Shown here in pieces: positions 49,091 to 61,100 of a stretch of DNA of 64,000 bases. The stretch is from Camelus ferus. Lineage: Eukaryota. Each line of letters opens with the position of its first letter. Position 1 is the first letter of the stretch. The notes under the pieces are model-generated. The model did not search any database and was not told the DNA's origin. It saw only the letters and a program-made list of their open reading frames with translations. Position numbers and translations under genes: made by a program. The stretch is taken from NCBI RefSeq assembly GCF_009834535.1, contig NC_045697.1, forward strand, positions 117,740,001 to 117,804,000, in the 5' to 3' direction.

Positions 49091-50020
49091 GCCCCCAAGT
49101 GTATTTTAAATGATACCATCCTTGAGAGTGGTTTCCCAAGCTGGCTTCCTTTTATGAAATCTTAGAAACGGTTTTGCGGTGTTTCCCTTTATTCAGTGAA
49201 AGTTCGTCTGGGAACTTGTGAAGGCTTTTATGCAGAAAGACAGCGTTTTTATTTTGTTTTTGTCAATGTCTCCTCTAATCCTGTTCAATTTTCAGTTTTA
49301 TCAGTAGGTTCTGCTGACAAAGTAGGCAGGACCTTATTATTTTTGTTTTGTTACATTCAGAATCGCTTGTGCTCCTTCCAGGAATATACGGTATCTTATT
49401 CTGGGGCTTAAGTAACTTCCACATTTGTCTTTGAGGAAGAGTCTCGGGGAATTCTATACGCAAGGAAAGTATTAGCCAGCCTGAAAGGTCCGTGGGTGAG
49501 TCATTTTAGGAAACATTTCTGAGCAAATGCTTAATTGGTGTTTTTCTTTTGATTTGACCTTATTTTTAGTAGCAGATATTATTAACATTGATCATAGTAA
49601 CATTATTTGAAAAGTGATGCCTTCTAGAAACTGAAGGACCTAACAAGAAACCACACTTGTCCCCTCAGCACAGTTTTGCTATGAAAGATGCCTGCATGCC
49701 CAGCTTTAAATCCAAGATTTTCTCTAAAATCACAGCATTGAGTCTGCAGAGAAGTGATGACTTTTCATGGCTGCGGCCGCCTCGTCCTGTCCAGCTTCTT
49801 CTCTGTAAGGAAATACTTCACCTGCATGGAGAACATTTTAAATAGCACGACTTTAAATTGTGTCTATTGATCACTGCATCTGTGTGGCGTCCCTGCTAGT
49901 TCCTGACTCAGTCCTGACCACCAACCATATGCAGGACCAGTGCTCCAGACCTCTTGATCTTCAGAGGCTTTTATCCTGGTGAAGACTATTGATGATGCCA
50001 AAGATCTTTTGTTTCTGTAG

Positions 50021-50318
50021 ATTAAACAGACTCACAGACATAGAAAACAAACTTATGTTTACTAGTGGAGGGGGTGGGAAGGGATAAATTGGAAGTTCGA
50101 GATTTGCAAATACTAATATACATAGAATAGATAAACAACAAGTTTATACTGCACAGCACTGGGAACTATATTCAATATCTTGTGGTGACTTACGGTGATA
50201 AAGAATAATGAAAATGAATTACATATATGTTCACATATGACTGAAACATTATGCTATGCACCAGAAATTGACACAACACTGTAAACTGACTATACTTCAA
50301 TAAAAATATATTAAAAAA
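50021..50318 (+). mobile_element. L1 3'UTR fragment, followed by a short antisense L1 end (about 50345-50410)
   Basis: AAACAGACTCACAGACATAGAAAACAAACTTATG...CTATACTTCAATAAAAA. Confidence 0.9.
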
Positions 50319-51115
50319 TCAATCGATATATATTTTAACTTTTCTTCTTTAATGTTTTTTAAATTTTTATTTTTGTATTGAAGTACAGTCACTTTACAAT
50401 GCTGTGTCAAACTACCGGAGTTTACCATGTTAGAAATTAAACTGAGGATGCCTAAACACACTTCTTTAGAAATAGCTGTGATAAATATTACTATGATTTA
50501 TCAAAACGTAATTATATTCTTCCAAAGCAGACACAGTGAGGAGAGTGGTGGTGGTTTATAGTGTCTGGGTGTCGCTCTTGTGTCTGGCTTGCTGGAAGGC
50601 AGCTGAATTCTCCTGTCTGGCTCTGCGCTCTGTGATGCTGTGCATTGGGGAACCCCAAGACAACACCACTGCACATTTATGGGAAAAGAACATTGACCTC
50701 AGACCCCCCAAAGGCTCCCGGAGCGCACTTTGAGAACCCCTGTGCCAGCCGTGAGTGTAGACTCCTCCACAAAGAGCCACTAGTCCCAGCTTTGATGGAC
50801 CTGAGTGGGGTGGCTCCTCACAGTTCGTGCCGTTTTCCTTCTTAATTAATACTCGTAACTCTCCCGCTTCAGTAAAGTCTACAAAAAGACTCCTTGTTTT
50901 TGATTCTCACTCCCTGGTTTATTTTTCTGGTTCACATTATTAAACATTGAGTGAGTGGATAAAATCAACTGTTGATGGTGTTGAATATAAATTTTCTAAT
51001 TCCATATTGAGGCCGTTTATTCTACAAGTCTGGACACGACTCCAGCAGCTTCAAGAACCCCTCTGGGTGAAGTACTAGACTCTCTGAACTTTTTCAGGAT
51101 ACTTGGGACTGTATA

Positions 51116-51334
51116 CAGTTGACCCCTGAACAACCCAGGTTTGAATTGCATGGGTCCACTTATACTCGGATTTTTTTCCATAGTAAATATATGGTACTGC
51201 ACAATGCAAGGTTGGCTGAATCTTAGGCTACAGGAGAACCGTGGGTTGAGAGGGCTGACTGTAACTTATATGTGGGTTTTCCGCTTCGCAGAGGGTTGGC
51301 ACCCCTGACCCCCGCATTGTTCAAGATTCAACTG
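51116..51334. mobile_element. Tigger2-type non-autonomous Tc1/mariner element
   Basis: Terminal inverted repeats CAGTTGACCCCTGAACAA / TTGTTCAAGATTCAACTG with TA on both sides. Confidence 0.9.
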
Positions 51335-51965
51335 TACTAAAACACTTAGGGGAAAAAATGCTACTTTCAAATTTGAAGATAATTGATTTTATGTAACAAT
51401 AAGATGGCTTCCTTTGTCGTTCCTCGACTGCAAGTCGGCAGTTTCATTCTTTAAATGCGTATTTCTGGTAATTCACCTAGTTCAGCGGGATAACAGGCTT
51501 TCGTGTATGAAGGTCTGTCTGAATGATTGTTAATTGTTTCAGGTCTTACAAAGAAATGAGAAAGTCAGTTCTTTTTAATTTTTTATTTCTTTTGGCACGG
51601 AGAAAGCAGAGTTGCACAGCAACTGCAGTGACTTCCCAGTTCCCCAGACTTTCCCAGTAAGACGGCGTCGTCTGTCGGGAACCCTTGTAGGTTCAGCTCC
51701 ATCTTCACTCTGCGTCCTTCACCGTGAAGCTGGTATCGGGGTGGACAGTGTTGTGGCCCACGGGCAACACCTGCCAAGTAGCTTGAAGATGGAGGTTTAA
51801 AGTTAGGACTCACAGTTACTACATATCAAGTGCTTAGAATCAGTGTTTCTTAGATGAATATGTTAATTTTATTTCTTCTGCAGACACACCGATGTCATCA
51901 TGTTTTCATAAGCTATTTTATTTAAGCAAATCACTCTAATTATGCTGTGATAAGACATTTTCTTT

Positions 51966-52481
51966 TTTTTTTAACATTTTTTATTGATTTATAATCATTT
52001 TACAATGTTGTGTCAAATTCCAGTGTAGAGCACAATTTTTCAGTTATACATGAACATACATATATTCATTGTCACATTTTTTTCTCTGTGAGCTATCATA
52101 AGATCTTGTATATATTTCCCTGTGCTATACAGTATAATCTTGTTTATCTATTCTATAGTTTTGAAATCCCAATCTCTTCCCACCCCCAACCCCCTTGGCA
52201 ACCACAAGTTTGTATTCTATGTCTGTGAATCTATTTCTGTTTTGTATTTATGCTTTGTTTGTTGTTGTTGTTGTTTTAGATTCCACATATAAGTGATCTC
52301 ATATGGTATTTTTCTTTCTCTTTCTGGCTTACTTCACTTAGAATGACATTTTCCAGGAGCATCCATGTTGCTGCAAATGGCATTATGTTGTTGGATTTTA
52401 TGGCTGAGTAGTATTCCATTGTATAAATATACCACATCTTCTTTATCCAGTCATCTGTTGATGGACATTTAGGCTATTTCC
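51966..52481 (-). mobile_element. Young 5'-truncated L1 3' end
   Basis: Perfect flanking duplication ATGCTGTGATAAGACATTTTCTTT (51942-51965 and 52482-52505). Confidence 0.94.
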
Positions 52482-54767
52482 ATGCTGTGATAAGACATTT
52501 TCTTTGTCTACACTCTTTGGCTCATAATACAGTTCTGAAGTGAACTCCTCTTTGCCATTTGAATGAAAAATGCGTTTTCCTAACTCTGAGATTCGCATAG
52601 ACTCATCTGTTCAAGCCTTCTTTTATGAGCCTCCTTTTTTTAGGTTATGAGAGGAAAATTCAGCCCATGGTAGGATTTTCCTTCATGTTGAAAATGAACG
52701 AGCTTGTTGAGCTGAACGAGCTTGTTGCTTCTTGTTTCTGTAGCTGACTCACTGAGTTATTTTTCTAGTGAATTCACTTTGTTCACGATGTCATCATTAC
52801 AAGTTTACACCCATGTCATATAATATAATTTAAGAAAATATTTGGAACCAGAAAAAGACATAACTCTAGAGTGGTGGTGTAGTAACTACAGTAGAGCTTG
52901 GACTGTGGTGTGTGGCCAGGCACACCTTTGAGCTTAAAGAATAATGATATATAAATTAAATGCCAAAGATTCTTTAATTAATAAATAAATCAGGCCTAGA
53001 CTTTATTTATCCAAAGGCTGAGTGAGGGAGAGACCATCATACAGTTTGGGTAGATTCGTGCACAGTACTAAATCACAAATCCCAGACCCTAAGGCAGTTT
53101 ATTCTGTATTGGTTTTGACATCTGCTTAAATGAAATATAATATTTGATAGTAATACAATCTTTATCCCAAATCAAATTTGATTTAAAAACTTTAAATTAC
53201 TGTAATATTTTCCTAAATACTGAAAAATATCATTAGATAAACTGCTTACATTATTAATAGTTGATTTATACAAGAAAGCTTTAACTATGCAGAATATTGA
53301 TAATTTCCAGATTTTTAAATAAAAATGTCTAAAATTTGCTTACCAATTTTAATATTTCTTGCACAGCTTTTATAATTTTTCTACATATGATGTTGACTCA
53401 TTTCAAGTTACTTTTTTACTAAAATGAGATCTCACATAATGTGTTATTTTTAAACCTGCCTCTTTTCACTCTTCCAAATATTGTCATTGTCTTTCACTGT
53501 AAGTACTTGCTTGTGTTGTCAGTGATTCTTAAACTCTTCTGGGTTGTAACGTACTTGATATTCTAAAGAAGTCTGTGCAACATCTCTCTCTGTCGCATAA
53601 ATATGCATATAGAGGAAAATACTGTATAAAGTTTAGGGGTCTCAGGGCTGTGGATCTCAGATAAGAAGCCTTGATCACATCAGCATTCTGACTAATGGAC
53701 AGCTTTTTGTTTAACCAGTGCCATAGGTTTGGACTTAAAGGTTAGTTTTAATTTCACTCTCATAAAACTACTGTACAGTGAACACCTTGATGTATACATA
53801 CCTCTTTAAATATTTTCTTATTTATTTCATTAGAATGACTTCCTAGAAAGTTGAATTATTGGGTCAGATTTTCACTTTTTTCAGTATGTTTGGTATATAT
53901 TACCATGTTGCCTTTTAAAAAACATGAAAGTGTCCTTTCATAAGAAACATATAAGAGTACCACTTTCCTTTATTTGGGATAATTCCTCTAGTCTTTGCCA
54001 AGCGGATATGCAAATGTAATATATTAATCTTTTAATTAGTAAACGTAGTATATTAATATTAAATGTGTTATTAAAGTTGAGACAAATTGCCAGGTCCTCA
54101 TTTTCTGACTCTTCTATTTCTTAATTATTAAAGAACTTTATCTAAAGTGACTTTTTTCCCCCCACCCAGAATAAAATTCCTACAGAAAGAAATTTGACGT
54201 CCAACCAATCTTAGAGATCATGTGGTAGTAGTAAACTCGGAAAATTACTCAGCAATGTCAGACAGTTTAAAAAATACACTGCCCACTGTGTTCAGACCCG
54301 TGAGCGTGCCTTCCTTATTTTATGCCATCTAAGTATTTGCTTGGTTTCTTCACCCCGGGTTCTATGGTTGGACGTGCAGAAGAAATAGCTCACGTGGGGT
54401 TTGTGACAGAAAGGCAGGAGCCCTGTGTTCAGCCCCACAAAGGGTCTGATGCCACTGCTGCCCAAGAAACAGGGATCCAGGGCTTGGCAGACGAGGCTCC
54501 CTTGACCCGTTTCTCCTACTGCGACCTCCTCTTGGGAAATGTAGGTCGTGGAGGCACAACCATGGCTTTAATAACCACCTGTCCTTCGATAGTTTCCAGA
54601 TCTGTATTTTCAACCCACACCTGGCTGTCATGCTCCAGACCCACACAGGCAGTGCCTGCTGGTCATAATTACTTGGATGGTCCCTTAGAACCTCAGTTCT
54701 ACATGTTCAAAACTGATCTCACCTCCCCAAGTTGAGACCCCTCGTGAATTCCACCATACGGGAAGGT

Positions 54768-55083
54768 TGGCAGTCCATTTGGGCTGCTGGAACAAAAAGA
54801 CCATGGACTGGGAGCCTTCAAGATTTGTTTCTCACAGTTCTGGAGGCTGGGATGTCCAAGACTTTTTGTCAGGTGAGAGCTGGTTCCGTTTGTTCACACA
54901 CTCTTCTCCCTGTGACCTCACCGCGTGGAAGGTCCCTTTCTGGGGTCACTGATCCCGTTGTGAGGGCCCCACCCCCGTGGCCTCATCCACCTCAGAAGGT
55001 CCTGAGTGCTGATAACATCGCAGGGAGGGGCTAGACTTCAACACGGGGATTCCCTGAGGAGACCCAAATGTTCAGCCTGAAGC
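54768..55083. mobile_element. MaLR LTR (MLT1A-like) inside an L2 remnant (about 54640-55420)
   Basis: TTTGGGCTGCTGGAACAAAAAGACCAT...TTTCTCACAGTTCTGGAGGCTGGGA.GTCCAAGA...ACTGATCCC. Confidence 0.78.
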
Positions 55084-56119
55084 TGGCGAGTGGTAACACG
55101 TGTCACCAAAGTGTTGGAGTCAGAAATCTGAATCCCTGATTCCCCTATGAACTCCCTGTATTTAAATGTTTCCCAAGAGCCATTGTTTCTACTTCCCAGT
55201 GCATCTTAAGGATTCCTTGCAGTCCTTCTGCTGCTGCTTGAGTTGAGGGCGAGGTCACAGCATCCCGGGCCCCCGCAGTGCCCTCCCCTGTCTCCTTCTC
55301 CTTGTGTTTATAGGGTCTGACCCTTACAGCCTCCTCCACCCTCCCCGTTGCCTTTCTGGTAAAATCCACATTCCTCAGCGTGGTTTTCACATCTTTCAGT
55401 CCGGTCTTTCCTCTTCCTCCCTCCATGGACCTCTTGGTCCCACGTGGGAACCCAACAGCAGAGGTGGAGCTGTCCTTCCTCCTCCCAGCTCTGCATGCCT
55501 CTTGCCCTCTTCCTGGAGCACCCACCCCTCCGCCCTGGGACGGCTATCAGTTTAGTCCCAGGTTCTGTGTTCTCCGGTCCAGGAAGCCTCCCCAGGATCT
55601 CTTCCCTGTGTCACCTGCTGCTCTCTGCTTTCATGAATCTCGGCTGCGTGTTCACTGAAGTTAAATTTTGGTGTGACACCGTCCATTTTCTTAGTGTGCA
55701 TGTTTACATTTCTCTTTTCACCAAAGTGGAATATTACGGTCCATCTGCTTTGTCATAGGAGTTTTTGCTAAATAATAGAATACCATGGATGTAAAATATG
55801 AGTTGACAGCATTATTTTGTTCATGATGTGCAGGTCTTTTCATGTTCTGTAATTCCTTCAACCAGTTTTCCACTGAACAATACACACATTTTGGCCCAGT
55901 TTTTTGTGTCTCTGTAGGCAGTGAGGTGATGATTACCCTCTGTAGCTACATCTTGTTTTAAAACACTTAGAAAGCAATTTTTCATTTTGCATAGCGTAAT
56001 TTTAGTACTGGTGACATGGAATGTTTTTCTTCATAATTTGTCACCATCTGGGTTTCGCTTTTGGTGAGTGCATCTTCATGCCCTGGATCTATGTTTGCGT
56101 TGGTCTGTTTGTTTTTTCC

Positions 56120-56341
56120 TCATTATTTTATTCTTTTTTATGGCTGAGTAGTATTCCGTTGCATATGTATACACCACATCTTCGTCTTCTTTATCCAGTC
56201 ATCTGTTGATGGACATTTGGGTTATTTCCATGTCTTGGCTACTGTAAATAGTGCTGCTATGAACATTGGGGTGCATGTATCTTTTCGAATTAGAGTTCCC
56301 TCCACATATATGCCCAGGAGTGGGACTGCTGGATCATGTAG
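56120..56341 (-). mobile_element. L1 ORF2-end fragment
   Basis: TTTTATGGCTGAGTAGTATTCC...TTTATCCAGTCATCTGTTGATGGACATTT...CCCAGGAGTGGGACTGCTGGATCATG. Confidence 0.88.
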
Positions 56342-56509
56342 TGTCTTTCTCTCATTATGTGTAAGAATATATTTACAATTAAATGTGTAATCCATTGATA
56401 CATACCTGGTGAATATGTTTTCCAGTTTATTTGCTTTTCAACTTGTGCACAGAAGATAAGAAATAGGTAATCAAAGGGATCTTTCTTTAACTTGCACACT
56501 CATGACTGA

Positions 56510-56620
56510 GATTAAAAGAGGCAAAATGTGTGTTAATGTTATTATGAAAATAATTTGGATCTCACGGACCCCTGGAAAGGCCCTGGGAGACCCCAAGGGG
56601 TGCCTGAACCACACTCACTT
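56510..56620. mobile_element. hAT-Charlie terminal fragment (related piece at about 50670-50742)
   Basis: TTATGAAAATAATTTGGATCTCACGGACCCCTGGAAAGG...ACCACACT. Confidence 0.55.
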
Positions 56621-57539
56621 AGCCCCTAATTTGAGGACAGGGGTTTGGGGGGTTAGGGGACGGGAAGGAGGAGGGAGTTGGGGGAGAAACACCCAGGCTT
56701 TTCCTCCTCCTGCCCCCTGAGCTTGTGCCTGCTGTTCAGCAAACCCAGCAGGGGATGCAGGGGGTGTGGCTGGTCTGTGGCCTGTGCAGCTCAGGACCTG
56801 AGGACACGGGACCAGGTGAGAAGGGGGCGGCCTGGGTGGGGAGAATGGCCGATGCACAGCCTGCCTTTGTTTGCTTGTTGGACCAGAGAATGACCTGAGA
56901 ACAGAACAGCACTGAGTGCGGGCCTCTTTGTGGGTCACAGAGAGAAGCCAGAAGCTGCTTGTGTTTGCTTTAAAGACACCGTAAGACACCAGCAAGAAAA
57001 GTTCATCACATGAGCTCCTCCCTGTCCCTCTAAGAGGAGGGGGTTGAGGGTGGAGGATGTGGGCAGGAGCAGTGGAGCAGGGTGGAAACCGTCCTCGAAG
57101 GAAGGACCCCTCTCCCCTACCCGAGACCCCAAGTCTCTATCACAACTTACTCTCCAGATGCCGTCCAGGCTCGACGTTTAAATAGTCTCCAGGGAATCAG
57201 TTCACATCCTGGACAAACAGACACAGCTCTTGAAACCTATGGAGGCGAAGGGCGTGTGTGGATTTAGCTCGTGGACACACCAGGCTGGGGTAGGATGTCA
57301 CCGAGCTAGCAAGGAGCCCCGCGCTTTTTAGCATCATCTGACAGCAGCCCGAGACCGTGGGCATTTATATTTTAATATTAACCCCAGTGACGTGATGTTA
57401 ATGTATTTTTAAAATTTGGAGAAGAATGGCACAAATTTCGATTGTATTTGGATGTTTTACAGAGTGTGTACTTGACAGTTTAATTTCCCCGAGAGCAAGG
57501 GACAGTGGTCTTTAATTGTGTGTGCCTGTGGTTTAACAT

Positions 57540-58123
57540 AAGCTCTGGTTACTTGTGGCAGTTACATTGGATCGGTCACTGGAAATGTTGACCTGGCAAA
57601 TACAGAACCATCACACCTGGGGGAGATACAGGATCGGGGCCCGCCAGCCCCTGGTCACAGGTTTCCTCAGCCGATCTCTTGGTAACCTGGTCCTGTGTGT
57701 GTCTCTGTTTAAAGACACCTTATCTGACATGTACTGTGAGTTCAGGACCATTGAACTCATGGCTGATGGCTACTTCTGGACCAGGCTTGTCGCACACCCG
57801 TAGGGGGCATCTCAAGACACTAGCCAGCACTTAACTGTGTTTGGGGCCATTGAAAACAGTGAAGTCACCCCCAAAACATAAAAATGAGGAAGATATGGCA
57901 CTCAGTATACTGGGGAAAGGACACTTGGTCACAGGATGGGACTGAAAACAGGAAGGGAGCGTCCCCTGGATGGACACCAGCGGGGACCAGGTACCTTGGG
58001 GGACCCCGTACAACCTGTCCCCGAATGACCACAGGAAAGCTGCGTATGGATTTCCGGTTACAAACACGTTTGAGCTGATTGGAACGTTAGCGATCACGGA
58101 CTCAACGAACAGTGAGTATACTG
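57540..58123. mobile_element. MER82-like TcMar-Tigger fossil
   Basis: TGTGTCTCTGTTTAAAGACACCTTAT, CATTGAACTCATGGC, GGGGCCATTGAAAACAGTGAAGTCACC and AAGGACACTTG match the recalled consensus in the same order. Confidence 0.72.
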
Positions 58124-61100
58124 TAGTGGGTGTGAATGTTCTATCAAGTGAGTGAGCAGCATTTCAGTTTAGGAGAAGGATGTGAAGCTGAAATCCAGAC
58201 ACTTCCTGTGACCAGGGCTTCCTTCACTGTCCCTCAGGCGGGTCTTGGAGCAGACCCCGGCTCCTGGTTCAGGGAGGTGTGGCACAGAACCTGAGGGCCG
58301 ACACCTGGGTTCCCAGCAGGTGTGTCTGACCCCTTTGGCGATGATTGGGTTACATATTAACTCTCTTTCCGCACTTTTTTGGTTCCCTCTTTCAGCACAA
58401 ATAGAGGGGCTATTTCTGGGTTTACTTTCTTCAACCAGATAAAGTCAATATTATACCTGCCTGGAGATCCAAGAGCGAAACCTAAGTGCATTCATTCATA
58501 AACCTTTTTAAATATTGCCCTTAGAAATGGAGATGGTAGAAAAGGTGGGGAGGAAATTAACACAGACTCCTGATCAAAACAAGACTTTTTGGCGTATTAA
58601 AAAAGTTCCTCATAGTAAATTAAATTAGCATCATGTTAGTAAGTAAATAGCCCCTCCTCGCTCTTTATTCATACATTGTCTAAAACTTTGAGCTATTTTT
58701 AAGCCAAATCCTATACTAGAAATGTCCTGACCAAGCATCACGTGCTTGTTAAATGTTGCCATAAAATACTTTCCTTGAAGGCTGTATGGAACAATTTTCA
58801 AAGGAGAGAAGATTCTAAAACCTAAGGAAAGCATCTTGTACCACCTGAGAGTTTTCTGTTCAACAGATGTAGTCAAAAAAAAAATAATAAACTCCTATAA
58901 ATGTAGTGTTTAAAACCCACACAAAGATACATTCCAGTGTAAGTATAAACTATAACTCTGAATAAATATCTCCACTTCAGTTTAAGAGAATGGTTCACAT
59001 AGCGAGCATCTGGGTGGCCCCGGGTTTCCTGGGACTCGGGCCTCCTAGGGAGGCAGGGCCAATGGTAACAGCTGGCATTTGTCCATTGTCCTGGCCTTGG
59101 TTGTCCAGCTGTAACCCATGGTCAAGGTGTGATGGGCTGCCAGGGAACCTGGGGCTGTGATTCCTGGATGGTGAGGAAAGGTTATCCCCCTGCCCCTCCC
59201 CGCAGCCAGCCTGCCCGGCGACTGTCCCTTGTTCCGAGGCACATGCACTGAACAGTGGGATGAACGTGATCCCAGGAGACTTCAGCCTCCATAGATCTTT
59301 GCCTGTAACTGAAGCCTTTTTCCTGGTAGAAATAGCACACTCCTGTCCCGGTGCTGAGAGCTCTCCCAATGAACTTTTATTGTCGCTGAGCAGTTATCTG
59401 TTCAGAAGCTCCCCAGTATTCCAAGGCAGGAAACCCCAAATGCTGGAGTAACAGGAAATCTGTGCCAGTTTACCCATCACATGAAGGGGTTCCTGGGGTC
59501 TCGGGGAGCTGGGTCGTACCTCTGGTTTCAGGTTCTGCAGATCAGGACTCTGACGCTGTCACATCCTCTGCTTTCACAATTCTTGTCAGTGTCGTCTACA
59601 GAGAACCACCCGGCTGCGCCCCACACTTCGCTGCCCACCCTCCCTTCCCAGCTGGTAGGGAGCAGGGGAAGGTGAAATGCCATTATGGGATCACTGGGCT
59701 GGGACGTTAGCACCAGTCATAAAGGGGGAAGGGTGAGGCTGAATTTCACGTGTGCTCAACATAGAAACCTAGGTCCTACGCTGTGGCCTTTGTGACAAGG
59801 AGTCTCAGCTTTATAATGGGATTTCATTTTTGTTTACAACTCTGTAACAATTGCGGTGACACCATATTTTTAAAAAATACCTTTTAAGGTCATGTCAACA
59901 ATTCATTCCGTACCTGATTGCCTCTCCGCTCAAAAACCTAGTAGCAGGATTTCCTGTTTCGCAGATCAAGCTCAAATGCTTTATTGCCTTCACCCATCCA
60001 CCTCTGTTATTTAAGCCTCAGCTTTTCTGAACTCCTTTCAATTCCCCCAATTTGATGATTTTTGCATGAATTTGAACACACTCTTCCCACTGCCTGAAAT
60101 TCTTTTTCCAAGCGTCTCCCTGGAAAAGTCATATAGCAATAAGGGTGACCTTGAGAGAATTTTTTTTTTCTTTAAAACCTGCTTCTGAACAAGATTATTT
60201 CTTAACATGCGGTTTTAAGTAACATTTACATCCAGTGCATGTAAGATACCCAGTATTTTCACAAAGGCACGCAGGTGAGGCAAAAAAATAAAATGTGCCC
60301 TTTGGAGGTTAGAAATGTGAGTCTAATGACAAGTTAATCCAGTGAGTAGCTCAGTTCATTTGGTTTCCATCCAGACCCAAAAGGCAGCCCGCTTGGTGTT
60401 CTGGCACCTGGCATATTACCATCTGTGAGCTGAGGGTTTTTTCAGCATTCTACTTGGGTGGCCCCCCGAGCAGGACCCTGCGAGTTCGAGCCTGTCAACA
60501 CAGATATCTTGAAAAGGCCATTTGAAAGGAGGAGAGGTGGCTTGATGTGAAACCAAGTATTTAAAAGCGTTATCAACTGTGCCCAGGACCCATAAGTCAC
60601 GGGAGGGTAAATAACTGGGGACAATTTTTCATTCTGCTCTGTGTGAAGGCTGAGCACGAGTGCCCTCTTTTTTTTTTTTCCCCCTTAAGCTGACCTGTGT
60701 TAACCCTTGTTGAACAGTAAATCATTCATTGAAGGAGGAGAAGGAAGAGGACCCATTTTTGTCTCTTTGGATCATTCTTTTGTATTCTGGTGCTTTCTGG
60801 GAGTTTGGAAGAATAGAAATTACATGTGCAGATGCCACGGGGCAGAGCCAGTTTTGTTTTTTAGCTGGAGAGTAGTTTTATATTTTATTGCCCTTTTCTT
60901 TGCTATGAAATATCGATATTTTACAAACTATAAAAGTTATTTTTATGAGATGTCCGTACTTTCCTCCTGTTAATTTCCTTTTTCTCCTCTTCCTTCCGCA
61001 GTTGGCATCTTACCTATTTGGCTTGGGACAGAGAATATGTTATGTTTTCATAATTTCTAAGTGTTGAGCAGACAATGATAGTTTTCTTTGGGAGTGCACA

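Noticed and set aside
52695..52727. Direct repeat TGAACGAGCTTGTTG twice
   Set aside because: Isolated two-copy micro-duplication with no further structure.
1290..53400. Scattered AP-1 (TGAGTCA/TGACTCA) and TEAD (GGAATG) motifs
   Set aside because: Short motifs expected by chance in 64 kb; enhancers cannot be called without conservation or chromatin data.
60968..61001. Strong polypyrimidine tract plus CAG as a possible exon 2 acceptor
   Set aside because: Downstream sequence does not encode the CUB domain and no strong donor follows.
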